Virus record (IMG/VR): IMGVR_UViG_3300037657_000258
Span: 1-45,379 of that record
From: a virus
Lineage: Duplodnaviria > Caudoviricetes
Length of the DNA stretch: 45,379 nt
Direction: 5' to 3' (one strand)
Position numbers and translations under genes: made by a program. Positions 1 to 8,228 of this stretch are shown in pieces; positions within the stretch are counted from its first letter, which is position 1; each line of letters begins with the position of its first letter. Below the pieces are notes generated by a model. The model had not been told where the DNA came from. It worked only from the letters and a program-made list of their open reading frames with translations, and searched no databases.

Positions 1-978
1 ATGAAACCATCTGAACTTAAAACTTTTCTTGTAGCATGTATCTTGAACCGTCAACCCGTTTTGGTGGAATCGGCCCCGGGTTACGGCAAGTCAGACATTA
101 TTGCAGCGGCCGCAATTGAGGCCGGGGCCGATGAGATTAAATTGCACCCAGTGGTTGACGAACCAATAGATTACAAGGGCTTGCCAGTACAGACCAAAAC
201 GGGGGCCGACTTCATACCGTTTGGAAACCTCAAGGCCCTTATGTCTGCTAAAAAACTAACAGTCGTACATGTTGAGGATTTAATACAGGCCCCGGAATCG
301 GTTCAGGCCGCACTAATGCAACTGATTTTAGGCCGCCAAGTTAACGGCAAAGCGATAAGCGACAAAATCGTTTTTATCGCTTCGACTAATCGCCGCCAAG
401 ACAAGGCCGGGGGCCGACAAATAATAAAACCACTTCATGAACGCTTTACAGCCGTTATTAACCTGGACCTTGACAATGATGACTGGCAAGCATGGGCCAA
501 TCAAAACGGAGTTAGCCTTGAAACAAGGGCCTTTTTACGCTGGAAGCCTGCCTTGTTGGTTAACCCAAGGTTGACGGTGTTTGCCGACCGGATTCACAAA
601 ATAAGCGGATTGCCTGAAAGTATCAAATTTGAAGCCGTTGCCGGCCGTGTTGGGGAAGGTTACGCCGCCGAATTTTACGGTTTTTTACGGGTTATGGAAT
701 CAATGCCGGACCCGGCCGAAATATTGAAAAAGCCCAATACGGCACCATTACCAGGGGGCCATGAAACAAGTATACGGTACGCCATCGCTTGCGCTTTAGG
801 GGGCCTGGTAAAAACAGAAAAGGCGTTTTCGGCCGCAATCGAATATTTAAAACGTTTTGGGGCGGCCGAATGGTTACGCCTTTTTGTCTTGGAAACTACA
901 ACGGCCAGGCCGGAACTTAAAGACACCAAAACCTATATCGGTTGGGCAACCGAATATGACCAAAAACTAGTTGCCTAA
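1..978 (+). CDS. MoxR-like AAA+ ATPase
   Basis: Walker A SAPGYGKS, atypical Walker B VVHVED, ALMQL, ASTN sensor, ERF Arg finger; upstream of a vWA gene. Confidence 0.85.
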   Translation: MKPSELKTFLVACILNRQPVLVESAPGYGKSDIIAAAAIEAGADEIKLHPVVDEPIDYKGLPVQTKTGADFIPFGNLKALMSAKKLTVVHVEDLIQAPESVQAALMQLILGRQVNGKAISDKIVFIASTNRRQDKAGGRQIIKPLHERFTAVINLDLDNDDWQAWANQNGVSLETRAFLRWKPALLVNPRLTVFADRIHKISGLPESIKFEAVAGRVGEGYAAEFYGFLRVMESMPDPAEILKKPNTAPLPGGHETSIRYAIACALGGLVKTEKAFSAAIEYLKRFGAAEWLRLFVLETTTARPELKDTKTYIGWATEYDQKLVA

Positions 979-1024
979 TGTTTGAAACTTGAGGCCCCCC
1001 CGGGGGCCTTTTGTTTGAAACATT
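977..1024 (+). repeat. Long intergenic hairpin with AGGCCCCCCCGGGGGCCT core
   Basis: AATGTTTGAAAC...GTTTGAAACATT arms flank the GC palindrome; the core recurs at 1911-1930 and 1938-1955. Confidence 0.8.
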
Positions 1025-1065
1025 AACCGACAAATACTTACTCTAACAGACAGGAGAAACAAGTC

Positions 1066-1905
1066 ATGACCATGTTAAATGAAAAGGCTATGTTGATAAC
1101 CCTTAATATCACTCATTGCACAACAAGGGCCGGTGACAAAGACGTCACCGAGCAAGTTTTAAGAGCCCATGGGGCCGATGATAAGGCCGGAGCCTTTAGC
1201 AAGGAACTTATCTCAAAAGACCATATCGGGGCCGTCAAGAAACTTGAGGGCCAGGCCCGAAACTACTTAAGGGAAAAAACATTACCTTGGCTCGATAATG
1301 GACAGCGTATTTTACCAGCGAGATTATATACCGAAGTCATACAAGACCTTGGAAAAATCAAGGCCGAATGGGAAACGGCCGTTAATGATTTTTTAGGACA
1401 GTACGACCAAGTGAAACGCCTTGCCAGGGCCAGGTTAGGCCGACTCTATAAAGACGACGATTTTCCTAGTGTTGTCGATATGGAGAAAAAATTCAAATTT
1501 GATTTTTCATTTTTGCCTATGCCCGATGCCGGTGATTTTAGGATTGCCGACAAAAAGGTTGTTGAGCAAATAAAGGCGCAAGCGGAACAACAAATTAAAG
1601 AAACCTTGCAGCATAGCGTTAATGACTTGTTTGTTAGGATTAACAAGGTTTTAACCGAAGTCGTCAAGATAAAAGACCCGGATAAAATATTCAGGGATAG
1701 CTTAATCGGCAATGTTCAATCATTGGTTGAAACCTTACCAGCCTTGAACTTGACAGATGACCCGGAACTTAACAAGTTAGCCAAGGAACTTGGGGCCAAA
1801 ATAGCAGAAACCACGGCCGAGGATCTTCGTAAAGACAAGAAAAAGCGCGCACAAGTAGCTAAGGACGCCGAAACCCTACTTGATAGGGTTAAAGGCTACG
1901 TTTAA
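1066..1905 (+). CDS. DUF3150-like helical protein of AAA/vWA triads
   Basis: AGGAG RBS; TLPWLDNGQRILP and KIFRDSLIGN motifs typical of this phage family; lies between the ATPase and vWA genes. Confidence 0.65.
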   Translation: MTMLNEKAMLITLNITHCTTRAGDKDVTEQVLRAHGADDKAGAFSKELISKDHIGAVKKLEGQARNYLREKTLPWLDNGQRILPARLYTEVIQDLGKIKAEWETAVNDFLGQYDQVKRLARARLGRLYKDDDFPSVVDMEKKFKFDFSFLPMPDAGDFRIADKKVVEQIKAQAEQQIKETLQHSVNDLFVRINKVLTEVVKIKDPDKIFRDSLIGNVQSLVETLPALNLTDDPELNKLAKELGAKIAETTAEDLRKDKKKRAQVAKDAETLLDRVKGYV

Positions 1906-1910
1906 CAAAT

Positions 1911-1967
1911 AGGCCCCCCCGGGGGCCTTTAATCAAGAGGCCCCCCGGGGGGCCTTTTGGTTAAGGG
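1911..1967 (+). repeat. Two tandem GC palindromes/hairpins
   Basis: AGGCCCCCCCGGGGGCCT, then CCTTTAATCAAGAGGCCCCCCGGGGGGCCTTTTGGTTAAGGG. Confidence 0.8.
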
Positions 1968-1996
1968 TAACATCAAAACAGACAGGAGATAAGAAC

Positions 1997-3331
1997 ATGA
2001 TGGATAAAATAGGGCCTTTACACAAGGCCAGGGCCGACATGATTCTAACAGACCCGTTTTTTGCTTCATTGGCAATGAAACTTACTATCATAAAGGATTA
2101 TCATTGTGATACGGCCTGGACCGATGGAATGAATATTGGTTATAACCCGGAGTATGTCAACGGGTTAACCCGGGGCCAGGTTAAGGGCCTTTTGGCTCAT
2201 GAGGTTTTGCATTGTGTTTGTCTGCACCATACCAGAAGAAACGGCCGCAATCATACAATTTGGAACGTGGCCGGTGATTATGTCATTAACCTAATTTTGA
2301 AACTTGGTTATTATGAATTACCTCAAGGTGTTTTGCTCGATTTTCAATACAAGGGCCTTGATACGGACCAAGTTTATAATCTGGTATTAGAACTAGCCAG
2401 GCAGCAAGAGGCCGCACGTAAAGCCGCACAAGAGGCCGACCAGAGCCAGGCAGAGGCCCCCGGGGCCGACCAGAGCCAGGCAGAGGCCCCCGGGGCCGAC
2501 CAGAGCCAGGCAGAGGCCCCCGGGGCCGAACAGAGCCAGGCAGAGGCCATCGGGGCCGACCAGAGCCAGGCAGAGGCCCCCGGGGCCGACCAGAGCCAGG
2601 TAGAGGCCCCCGGGGCCGACTGGCAAGGACCGAAACCATGGGGAGAAATAAGGGATTGCCCCCGGGATGAAGCGGGGGCGGCGCCCGATACGGCCAAGAT
2701 AAGCCAAGACTGGCAGATTGCAACAAGACAGGCCGCGCAAGTGGCGCACAAGGCCGGAAAATTGCCAGGGATATTTAAGACGTTTATTGAAGCTTTGGCA
2801 GAGCCAAGCGTCAACTGGAAAGACGCCTTGCGGGATTTTTTGACGGAAAGAAACCGTAATGACTATTCATGGTCAAGACCGTCAAGACGTTATGCCGGCC
2901 GGGGCGTGATTCTGCCCGGGTTATCTAATCAGACGCCGCCGCCGTTGGCCGTGTTTGTAGATACATCAGGCAGCGTCAACCATGACATGGTTAAGGGCTT
3001 TTTGTCGGACATTCAAGGAATGACCGACCATGTAAGCGAAATGGTTGTCTTGTGGATTGACGCCGTTATTCAAGGTAACCCTGTTGATATTGATTGTAGT
3101 ACTGATATTACCCAAATACAGCCTTTAGGGGGGGGCGGAACTTCATTTAGGCCAGGGTTTAAATGGTTGGCCGAACAAACCGACTATGAGCCGGAAGTGG
3201 TGATTTATTTCACCGATGGACATTGCCGCCGTTTCCCCGATACCCCCCCGGATTTACCGGTTTTATGGGTATTATGGGAAAGAAACGATTCTTTCAAGCC
3301 GCCTTTTGGGGAAGTCATAACAATGATATAG
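1997..3331 (+). CDS. DUF2201-like protein: N-terminal HExxH metallopeptidase, C-terminal vWA domain
   Basis: TAWTDG, AHEVLH, MIDAS DTSGS, GGGGTSF, YFTDG. Confidence 0.88.
   Translation: MMDKIGPLHKARADMILTDPFFASLAMKLTIIKDYHCDTAWTDGMNIGYNPEYVNGLTRGQVKGLLAHEVLHCVCLHHTRRNGRNHTIWNVAGDYVINLILKLGYYELPQGVLLDFQYKGLDTDQVYNLVLELARQQEAARKAAQEADQSQAEAPGADQSQAEAPGADQSQAEAPGAEQSQAEAIGADQSQAEAPGADQSQVEAPGADWQGPKPWGEIRDCPRDEAGAAPDTAKISQDWQIATRQAAQVAHKAGKLPGIFKTFIEALAEPSVNWKDALRDFLTERNRNDYSWSRPSRRYAGRGVILPGLSNQTPPPLAVFVDTSGSVNHDMVKGFLSDIQGMTDHVSEMVVLWIDAVIQGNPVDIDCSTDITQIQPLGGGGTSFRPGFKWLAEQTDYEPEVVIYFTDGHCRRFPDTPPDLPVLWVLWERNDSFKPPFGEVITMI
2434..2620 (+). repeat. 30-bp coding tandem repeat, 6 copies plus a partial copy (ADQSQAEAPG)
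   Basis: GGCCGACCAGAGCCAGGCAGAGGCCCCCGG repeated head-to-tail with few substitutions. Confidence 0.95.
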
Positions 3332-3396
3332 GCCCCGGCCCCCGGCCCCCGGAATAACCCGGGGGCCTTGAGTAAAAACACGATGGAAGGTAAAAC

Positions 3397-3762
3397 ATGA
3401 AAGCATTATCAGTACAACAACCATACGCTAGTGGTATAGCTTGCGGCGCAAAAACGATTGAAGTCAGAACTTGGCAAACAAAATATCGAGGTCCCTTGCT
3501 AATTTGTGCAAGCGCCAGGCCGAAAATAGACCTTGACGGTTTCGGCCCCTTGCCGACCGGCCAGGCCGTGGGCTTGGTTGACTTGGTTGACATTCAGCCG
3601 TTTACGACCAAGCATAGACGGGGGGCCTGCATCCCCAAAGGCGAAGAACTGCCCGACGGCCTTTATGCCTGGATTCTGGCAAACCCCCGGAACGTCAAGC
3701 CCGTCCCGGTCAAGGGCAAGCTGAATCTATTTGACGTAAAAGACGAAATTACCCTATTATAA
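3397..3762 (+). CDS. ASCH domain protein
   Basis: KALSVQQPYA, GAKTIEVRTW, YRGPLLI, PVKGKLNLF. Confidence 0.92.
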   Translation: MKALSVQQPYASGIACGAKTIEVRTWQTKYRGPLLICASARPKIDLDGFGPLPTGQAVGLVDLVDIQPFTTKHRRGACIPKGEELPDGLYAWILANPRNVKPVPVKGKLNLFDVKDEITLL

Positions 3763-3811
3763 AACATGCTCGGGGGCCGGACAGGCCCCAAAATACCACG
3801 GAGATTAAGAC

Positions 3812-4015
3812 ATGCCGGCCAATAAAGCCAGCGGAGTTATCCGCCGAACTATCGAACTAAAGCCCCATGAGGCCGCCGTATGGGACGCTGTAAAGGCCCA
3901 GGGCCAGGGCCAGGGCCAGGGTTTTAAGGAAATTACCTTGGCCTTGTGGCGGGCCTGGCTCGCCCACCCGAACATAATCAATTTTGATCCTGAAAGAAGC
4001 AGAAAGGGGGAATAA
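3812..4015 (+). CDS. Small hypothetical protein
   Basis: GGAG RBS; fills the operon gap; its stop abuts the next ATG. Confidence 0.55.
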   Translation: MPANKASGVIRRTIELKPHEAAVWDAVKAQGQGQGQGFKEITLALWRAWLAHPNIINFDPERSRKGE

Positions 4016-4016
4016 T

Positions 4017-4643
4017 ATGCTTACCCCTGGTTCATCATGTGCGGTTTTCACAGCGCACAACGATGATGAAACCGTGTTCATGGGCGGAACCATTTTATTG
4101 AATCCACACGTAAAGTGGTATGTTTTTTCGGCAGTATCAACACGTTGGGAGGGAACCGCAGAAGCGGTTAAACGCTATAACGATAACAATGTGAAATCAA
4201 TGTATATACAGTGTTTCCATTTACCAGATAAGGACAAGGAAAAAGAGATTCGAGAAAATATTGAGCCGTGTTACAGCATAATTATGGGAGGCATAACCAC
4301 CCAATTTGACATGGTATTCACCCATAATCAACGAGGTGAGTATGGGCATGAAATGCACATAATGGTCAACAGAGTGGTCCGCAGGGTGTTTGGAGACAAA
4401 TGTCCGATATGGGAGTTTATCTGCCCGGGGGCCGGGAATGTTGATCCACAACCAAGGTTCAAAGAGGATTGGGTAGTTCCAATTGACAAGAAAACTCTTG
4501 AGCGAAAAAATGATATTTTCATGGAATCGTACCCAGACCAAATGTATTTGTGGCAAAATCTAAACGACGTAATGGTCTATGAGTTCAAGACAGGTCCTGA
4601 AATTTTCACTCGGTACGATTCAAGCGGAACGTGCGTTAAGTAG
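4017..4643 (+). CDS. PIG-L/LmbE-family deacetylase-like protein
   Basis: AHNDDE and GEYGHxxH motifs; ATG 4017 with AGGGGG RBS. Confidence 0.75.
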   Translation: MLTPGSSCAVFTAHNDDETVFMGGTILLNPHVKWYVFSAVSTRWEGTAEAVKRYNDNNVKSMYIQCFHLPDKDKEKEIRENIEPCYSIIMGGITTQFDMVFTHNQRGEYGHEMHIMVNRVVRRVFGDKCPIWEFICPGAGNVDPQPRFKEDWVVPIDKKTLERKNDIFMESYPDQMYLWQNLNDVMVYEFKTGPEIFTRYDSSGTCVK

Positions 4644-4666
4644 TCACCACCAAATACTTAAACGAC

Positions 4667-4698
4667 GGGCGGCCCCAAATCGGGGCCGCCTCTTTTTT
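4667..4698. terminator. Intrinsic terminator between convergent operons
   Basis: GGCGGCCCC-AAATC-GGGGCCGCC followed by a T tract. Confidence 0.75.
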
Positions 4699-4725
4699 CC
4701 GCCTTTGACCGTCCCTGTATCCGGC

Positions 4726-5151
4726 CTATTTCTTCCACTTAAGCAACTGGGTTTTGTCCCAGGTCCGCGACCCGACATACCCCAGGTAACCGAGCCCAAA
4801 CAAGCTCCAAACCGCGTCCGGTATTGCGTTTAGCCAGGACGCCAAGCCTACTCCGATAGCGGTCGCAATATCCGGCCGCCAGGCGGACACCAAACCCATG
4901 GGAATCCCCATTAGAATCATGAGATAAACCACGTAGAGGAACGAGGGCCGCGCCCGGGAAGTCCACTTGTCCGCGCTTTGGGCTTCCGCAATCAAGATAG
5001 ACATGGCCGCCTCAAGCTCTTTGAACTCGCCGTTCTGAGCCATTTGAGCAAGTTCCAGCTTGGCCTTGGCCGCCTGGTTCGCATCGGGGAAAATCTTGTC
5101 AATCACCTTTTCCCCGACGCTTAAAAGTGCCGTAATAGGGTCAAACGCCAT
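4726..5151 (-). CDS. Holin (GTA 3TM holin-like)
   Basis: VIDKIFPD, WTSRARP, two TM segments, GYVGSRTWDK. Confidence 0.85.
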   Translation of the reverse strand: MAFDPITALLSVGEKVIDKIFPDANQAAKAKLELAQMAQNGEFKELEAAMSILIAEAQSADKWTSRARPSFLYVVYLMILMGIPMGLVSAWRPDIATAIGVGLASWLNAIPDAVWSLFGLGYLGYVGSRTWDKTQLLKWKK

Positions 5152-5162
5152 GGGCCATTACC

Positions 5163-5462
5163 TCACATATTAAGTATTAGGACATGCCGCCAAGCGATGT
5201 ATCCGTAAAGGCCGATGAGGACAAGGTAAACCGGAATCATCCACCAAAACGGGCAAAACAGCCAAAGCACAAGGATCGCCACCACGGCCAGGAACTTCAC
5301 AACCATAAGCGCCGGTCCCACGCCGATCTTGAGCATCAGCCACCGGACGGCCGGGTTCAGTTCCCGGGCCGGTTTGTCACCCACGATTCTGAACGTGGTC
5401 AAGGCGTCCACGATCTGGAGCAAAATCAAGACCACCACCAAGACAATCAAGATTAACTGCAT
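5163..5462 (-). CDS. Small membrane protein (DUF5658-like)
   Basis: DALTT...ELNP motif, three hydrophobic segments, in lysis cluster. Confidence 0.65.
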   Translation of the reverse strand: MQLILIVLVVVLILLQIVDALTTFRIVGDKPARELNPAVRWLMLKIGVGPALMVVKFLAVVAILVLWLFCPFWWMIPVYLVLIGLYGYIAWRHVLILNM

Positions 5463-5470
5463 AATACTTG

Positions 5471-6061
5471 TTACCCCCTGTATTCAGCCCGCCGTAGCCA
5501 GCCGTTTTTGAATCTCGCCTGTGAAGGCTTTCTCTCGATAATCCCCAGGTAAAACGCCCTTTGTTCCCTGCAGTACCGGTCCAGCAGGCCCGCCAGGTCG
5601 GCCGTCTCGGCCTGGTAAACAGCCGACATGGTTTTCGGGCCGAACACACCATCCGGCTTGACTATAAAAGTGCCGTCCGGCTTGACGCCAACGGCCTTTT
5701 GCAACAAGATCACGGCCCGCTTCACGCCGCAATTGACGGCCACGTTGAAATGTTTCCGGCCCAGGGCCGGGGCCAGAGTATCCGCCTTGGAAGCAAGCCA
5801 AAACTTTTCGTAATAGAAGCGTTTCAAGTGGGCTTGCAGGAAGCTATTCCCGGCCATGGCCCCGTTGTCGGGCTTGAGCCGATCAACGATTGTCCACCCT
5901 GGCCAATCCGGGTGATTCACTCTCGACACACCCGCGTAGGTTTCGCCGCCGGTATCCACGGGATCGTTAACATAGCCGCCTTCGTGGGCCATGACATGAC
6001 CATAGCCCCGTTCAAAGTTCGGCCCAAAATCCCTATTGCAGATTGCCGCCAAGTCGAGCAT
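5471..6061 (-). CDS. Endolysin, glycoside hydrolase family 108 with peptidoglycan-binding domain
   Basis: HEGGYVNDPVDTGGET, DGVFGPKT, FKNGWLRR; ATG overlaps the upstream stop. Confidence 0.92.
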   Translation of the reverse strand: MLDLAAICNRDFGPNFERGYGHVMAHEGGYVNDPVDTGGETYAGVSRVNHPDWPGWTIVDRLKPDNGAMAGNSFLQAHLKRFYYEKFWLASKADTLAPALGRKHFNVAVNCGVKRAVILLQKAVGVKPDGTFIVKPDGVFGPKTMSAVYQAETADLAGLLDRYCREQRAFYLGIIERKPSQARFKNGWLRRAEYRG

Positions 6062-6360
6062 TATTTCCCCCTGAAAATTTCCAGCCAACCTATTGCGCCC
6101 GCCATTAGAGCCTGAATAAGTATTAGCCACCTACTCCATGTTGCCGTGGTCTGTTTCAGGCGCGCCACTTCGCCCACCAGGCCCTTGTCACCGTCCGGCC
6201 CATAGATTGTTCGCTTTACGCCCGCCACGTCCGCCTTAGCGGCTTCCAGGTCGTCACAATCATTTTTGGCCCGGGTTTCGATCACGCCCAACTGCCGAAC
6301 GACATACATCCGAAAGGCAGTCTCATCGTTTGCTATTTTGGCGATGAAGTCTTCGGTCAT
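6061..6360 (-). CDS. Coiled-coil protein with C-terminal TM (holin/antiholin-like)
   Basis: Precedes the endolysin; single C-terminal TM. Confidence 0.55.
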   Translation of the reverse strand: MTEDFIAKIANDETAFRMYVVRQLGVIETRAKNDCDDLEAAKADVAGVKRTIYGPDGDKGLVGEVARLKQTTATWSRWLILIQALMAGAIGWLEIFRGK

Positions 6361-6373
6361 GGGTCCGGCCCGA

Positions 6374-7597
6374 TTAATGTGAATCTTCAGGGGTTACGTT
6401 CACATACCCCTTACTCAAGAAAGAGAATCCCAATTCCCTTACAACAATGTTGTAGCCGGTTTGGGAATCTCGGGGTGTGAACCTAATTCCCGCGGCCGTA
6501 TTGGTCGTACAACGCAAATAAGCGGTGTGAAACAACACGCCAAGGGGGGCGTTTATGTTATAGCCGGTCCCTGAATAGTAGGCCGACAACTGAGGCGGGA
6601 AAAGCGCCAGTCGAAGCCCCGGAGGCGTCCCGGCTCCCGTGTAAGCCACTTCAACAACAAGGTCCAAGTCAACGGGGCAGCCGACCGGAGAAAACGTGTC
6701 AATACTATGTCCGCCAACCGCAAATATTCCGCTGTATAAACCAACAGGCTCGGCCAGGCGATACACTTGGTCACTTTGCCAGAACGGGATAATGGTTGAA
6801 GCAGTATTCGACTTGAAATATCCCACCAGCGCGAAATAGTTATATCCCGTGGGGGCATAGCTTAACGGGTTGGTAAATTCCGGGTTGATAACGCCGCCGT
6901 GAATCATCAGCGTGCAAGCGCCGGTCCCATTGGCGTACACATACAGGCAATATCCAGTGTTGGCCGTGGCAAGCGTTCCGCTTGTTCTTCCACCAGCGCC
7001 GGAAGCCGTCAGGTCCGCCTCTAACACCTGGTTCTTAAGCTTGATCGTGTCTCCGGTTACAGACGCGACAACAAGCTCTTGGAACTCCAGGTGAACCAAA
7101 GGGGAACTCGCGCCGTTAGACCGAATAAACAGGCCGAAAGACTGCCCCATGACCGGGCTACCGGCCAACACGACATTAGCGCCCGACCGGCCAACCTCAT
7201 ACCAGGCCGTCCCACGCCGCTGGAAGTCGATATAACTATCGGTTACGTCAAGGGTAAAATCCGCATCGGTGGACAGATAAACCTGTCCATTCCCACCGGC
7301 AGCATGTTTGATTACCACGTTCTGAGCCGCATTGGCGGCCCGGAGCCGAACGATACTTCCGTCTGGCATATCGGTATAGTCGATATTGGTCAGATCGTCC
7401 GCACCCGCCGCCCCCTCGGTCGCCACGGCGTTACTCGATACGGCCGGACGAACTACTCCCGACGCGATTGTCAGGCTTCCCTCGGCCGCGCCCCCGGGCA
7501 ACTGCTTGGTCCCACCAAGCCACGATTCAAACGCCGCCTTGACCTCGGAAACGATCCGAGCCACATTGGTCAAATATCCCGGTTCAGGAAGCGCCAT
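6374..7597 (-). CDS. Tail fibre / receptor-binding protein
   Basis: Follows the tail tip gene; beta-rich, Gly/Thr/Ala-rich. Confidence 0.65.
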   Translation of the reverse strand: MALPEPGYLTNVARIVSEVKAAFESWLGGTKQLPGGAAEGSLTIASGVVRPAVSSNAVATEGAAGADDLTNIDYTDMPDGSIVRLRAANAAQNVVIKHAAGGNGQVYLSTDADFTLDVTDSYIDFQRRGTAWYEVGRSGANVVLAGSPVMGQSFGLFIRSNGASSPLVHLEFQELVVASVTGDTIKLKNQVLEADLTASGAGGRTSGTLATANTGYCLYVYANGTGACTLMIHGGVINPEFTNPLSYAPTGYNYFALVGYFKSNTASTIIPFWQSDQVYRLAEPVGLYSGIFAVGGHSIDTFSPVGCPVDLDLVVEVAYTGAGTPPGLRLALFPPQLSAYYSGTGYNINAPLGVLFHTAYLRCTTNTAAGIRFTPRDSQTGYNIVVRELGFSFLSKGYVNVTPEDSH

Positions 7598-7620
7598 ATC
7601 AAAACCTCACCAGTTAATAG

Positions 7621-8226
7621 TTATTCGGAATTGCCGACCCTGAATGTCCAGCCGGTAATTTTCCCCTGGTCAGTCCCACCCGGAATCATCAGCTTGAACC
7701 TATACTCTTGCTCCGTGATTGCCTCCAGTTTGCCGGGCCAGGCCCGCCAGGCCCCGCCCGACCAGTAATAAAGAACATGGGGGCCGCCTTCGGTTGTCAG
7801 GTCGATAGTCAGGGCCGGGTTATCATAGGTCAGGCCGGTTCCCGGGTCAGTCAGGTCCGGGGTGAAGGTAGTCTCATATATTAACTGCTTATAGTTTGTG
7901 TCCCAAAACAGGGAATCATCCGACCGCCAAAAAAGCTCACCATCATCCGGCCAGAACAAACCTTCATAGGCCAATATTTCGGCCGACCCGTCCACGGCAC
8001 GGTAACCGCCGGTCACTTCCCCGGGGAATGAGTCGGCGTCTTCAAAGTCCACCCAAAAATCAAGGCCCGTATCGTCAATGGCTTCCCCTACCTCAAGCGC
8101 CCCTATTTCATCGTCCGATACCAGGCGGAGCCAGCGGCCGCACTCAAATATTTCGCCGTTGAACCATTGGGAAGCCGTGCCTGTGTTATTGGACGTATAA
8201 GCCCCCAGGCTCAATTGAGCGTCCAT
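7621..8226 (-). CDS. C-terminal part of the tail tip protein (after frameshift)
   Basis: Begins with the missing end of a LamG domain (LSLGA...FNGEIFECGRW...DEIGAL). Confidence 0.6.
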   Translation of the reverse strand: MDAQLSLGAYTSNNTGTASQWFNGEIFECGRWLRLVSDDEIGALEVGEAIDDTGLDFWVDFEDADSFPGEVTGGYRAVDGSAEILAYEGLFWPDDGELFWRSDDSLFWDTNYKQLIYETTFTPDLTDPGTGLTYDNPALTIDLTTEGGPHVLYYWSGGAWRAWPGKLEAITEQEYRFKLMIPGGTDQGKITGWTFRVGNSE

Positions 8227-8228
8227 AA

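Noticed and set aside
2434-2620. CRISPR array
   Set aside because: Repeats are contiguous with no unique spacers and keep frame inside a CDS.
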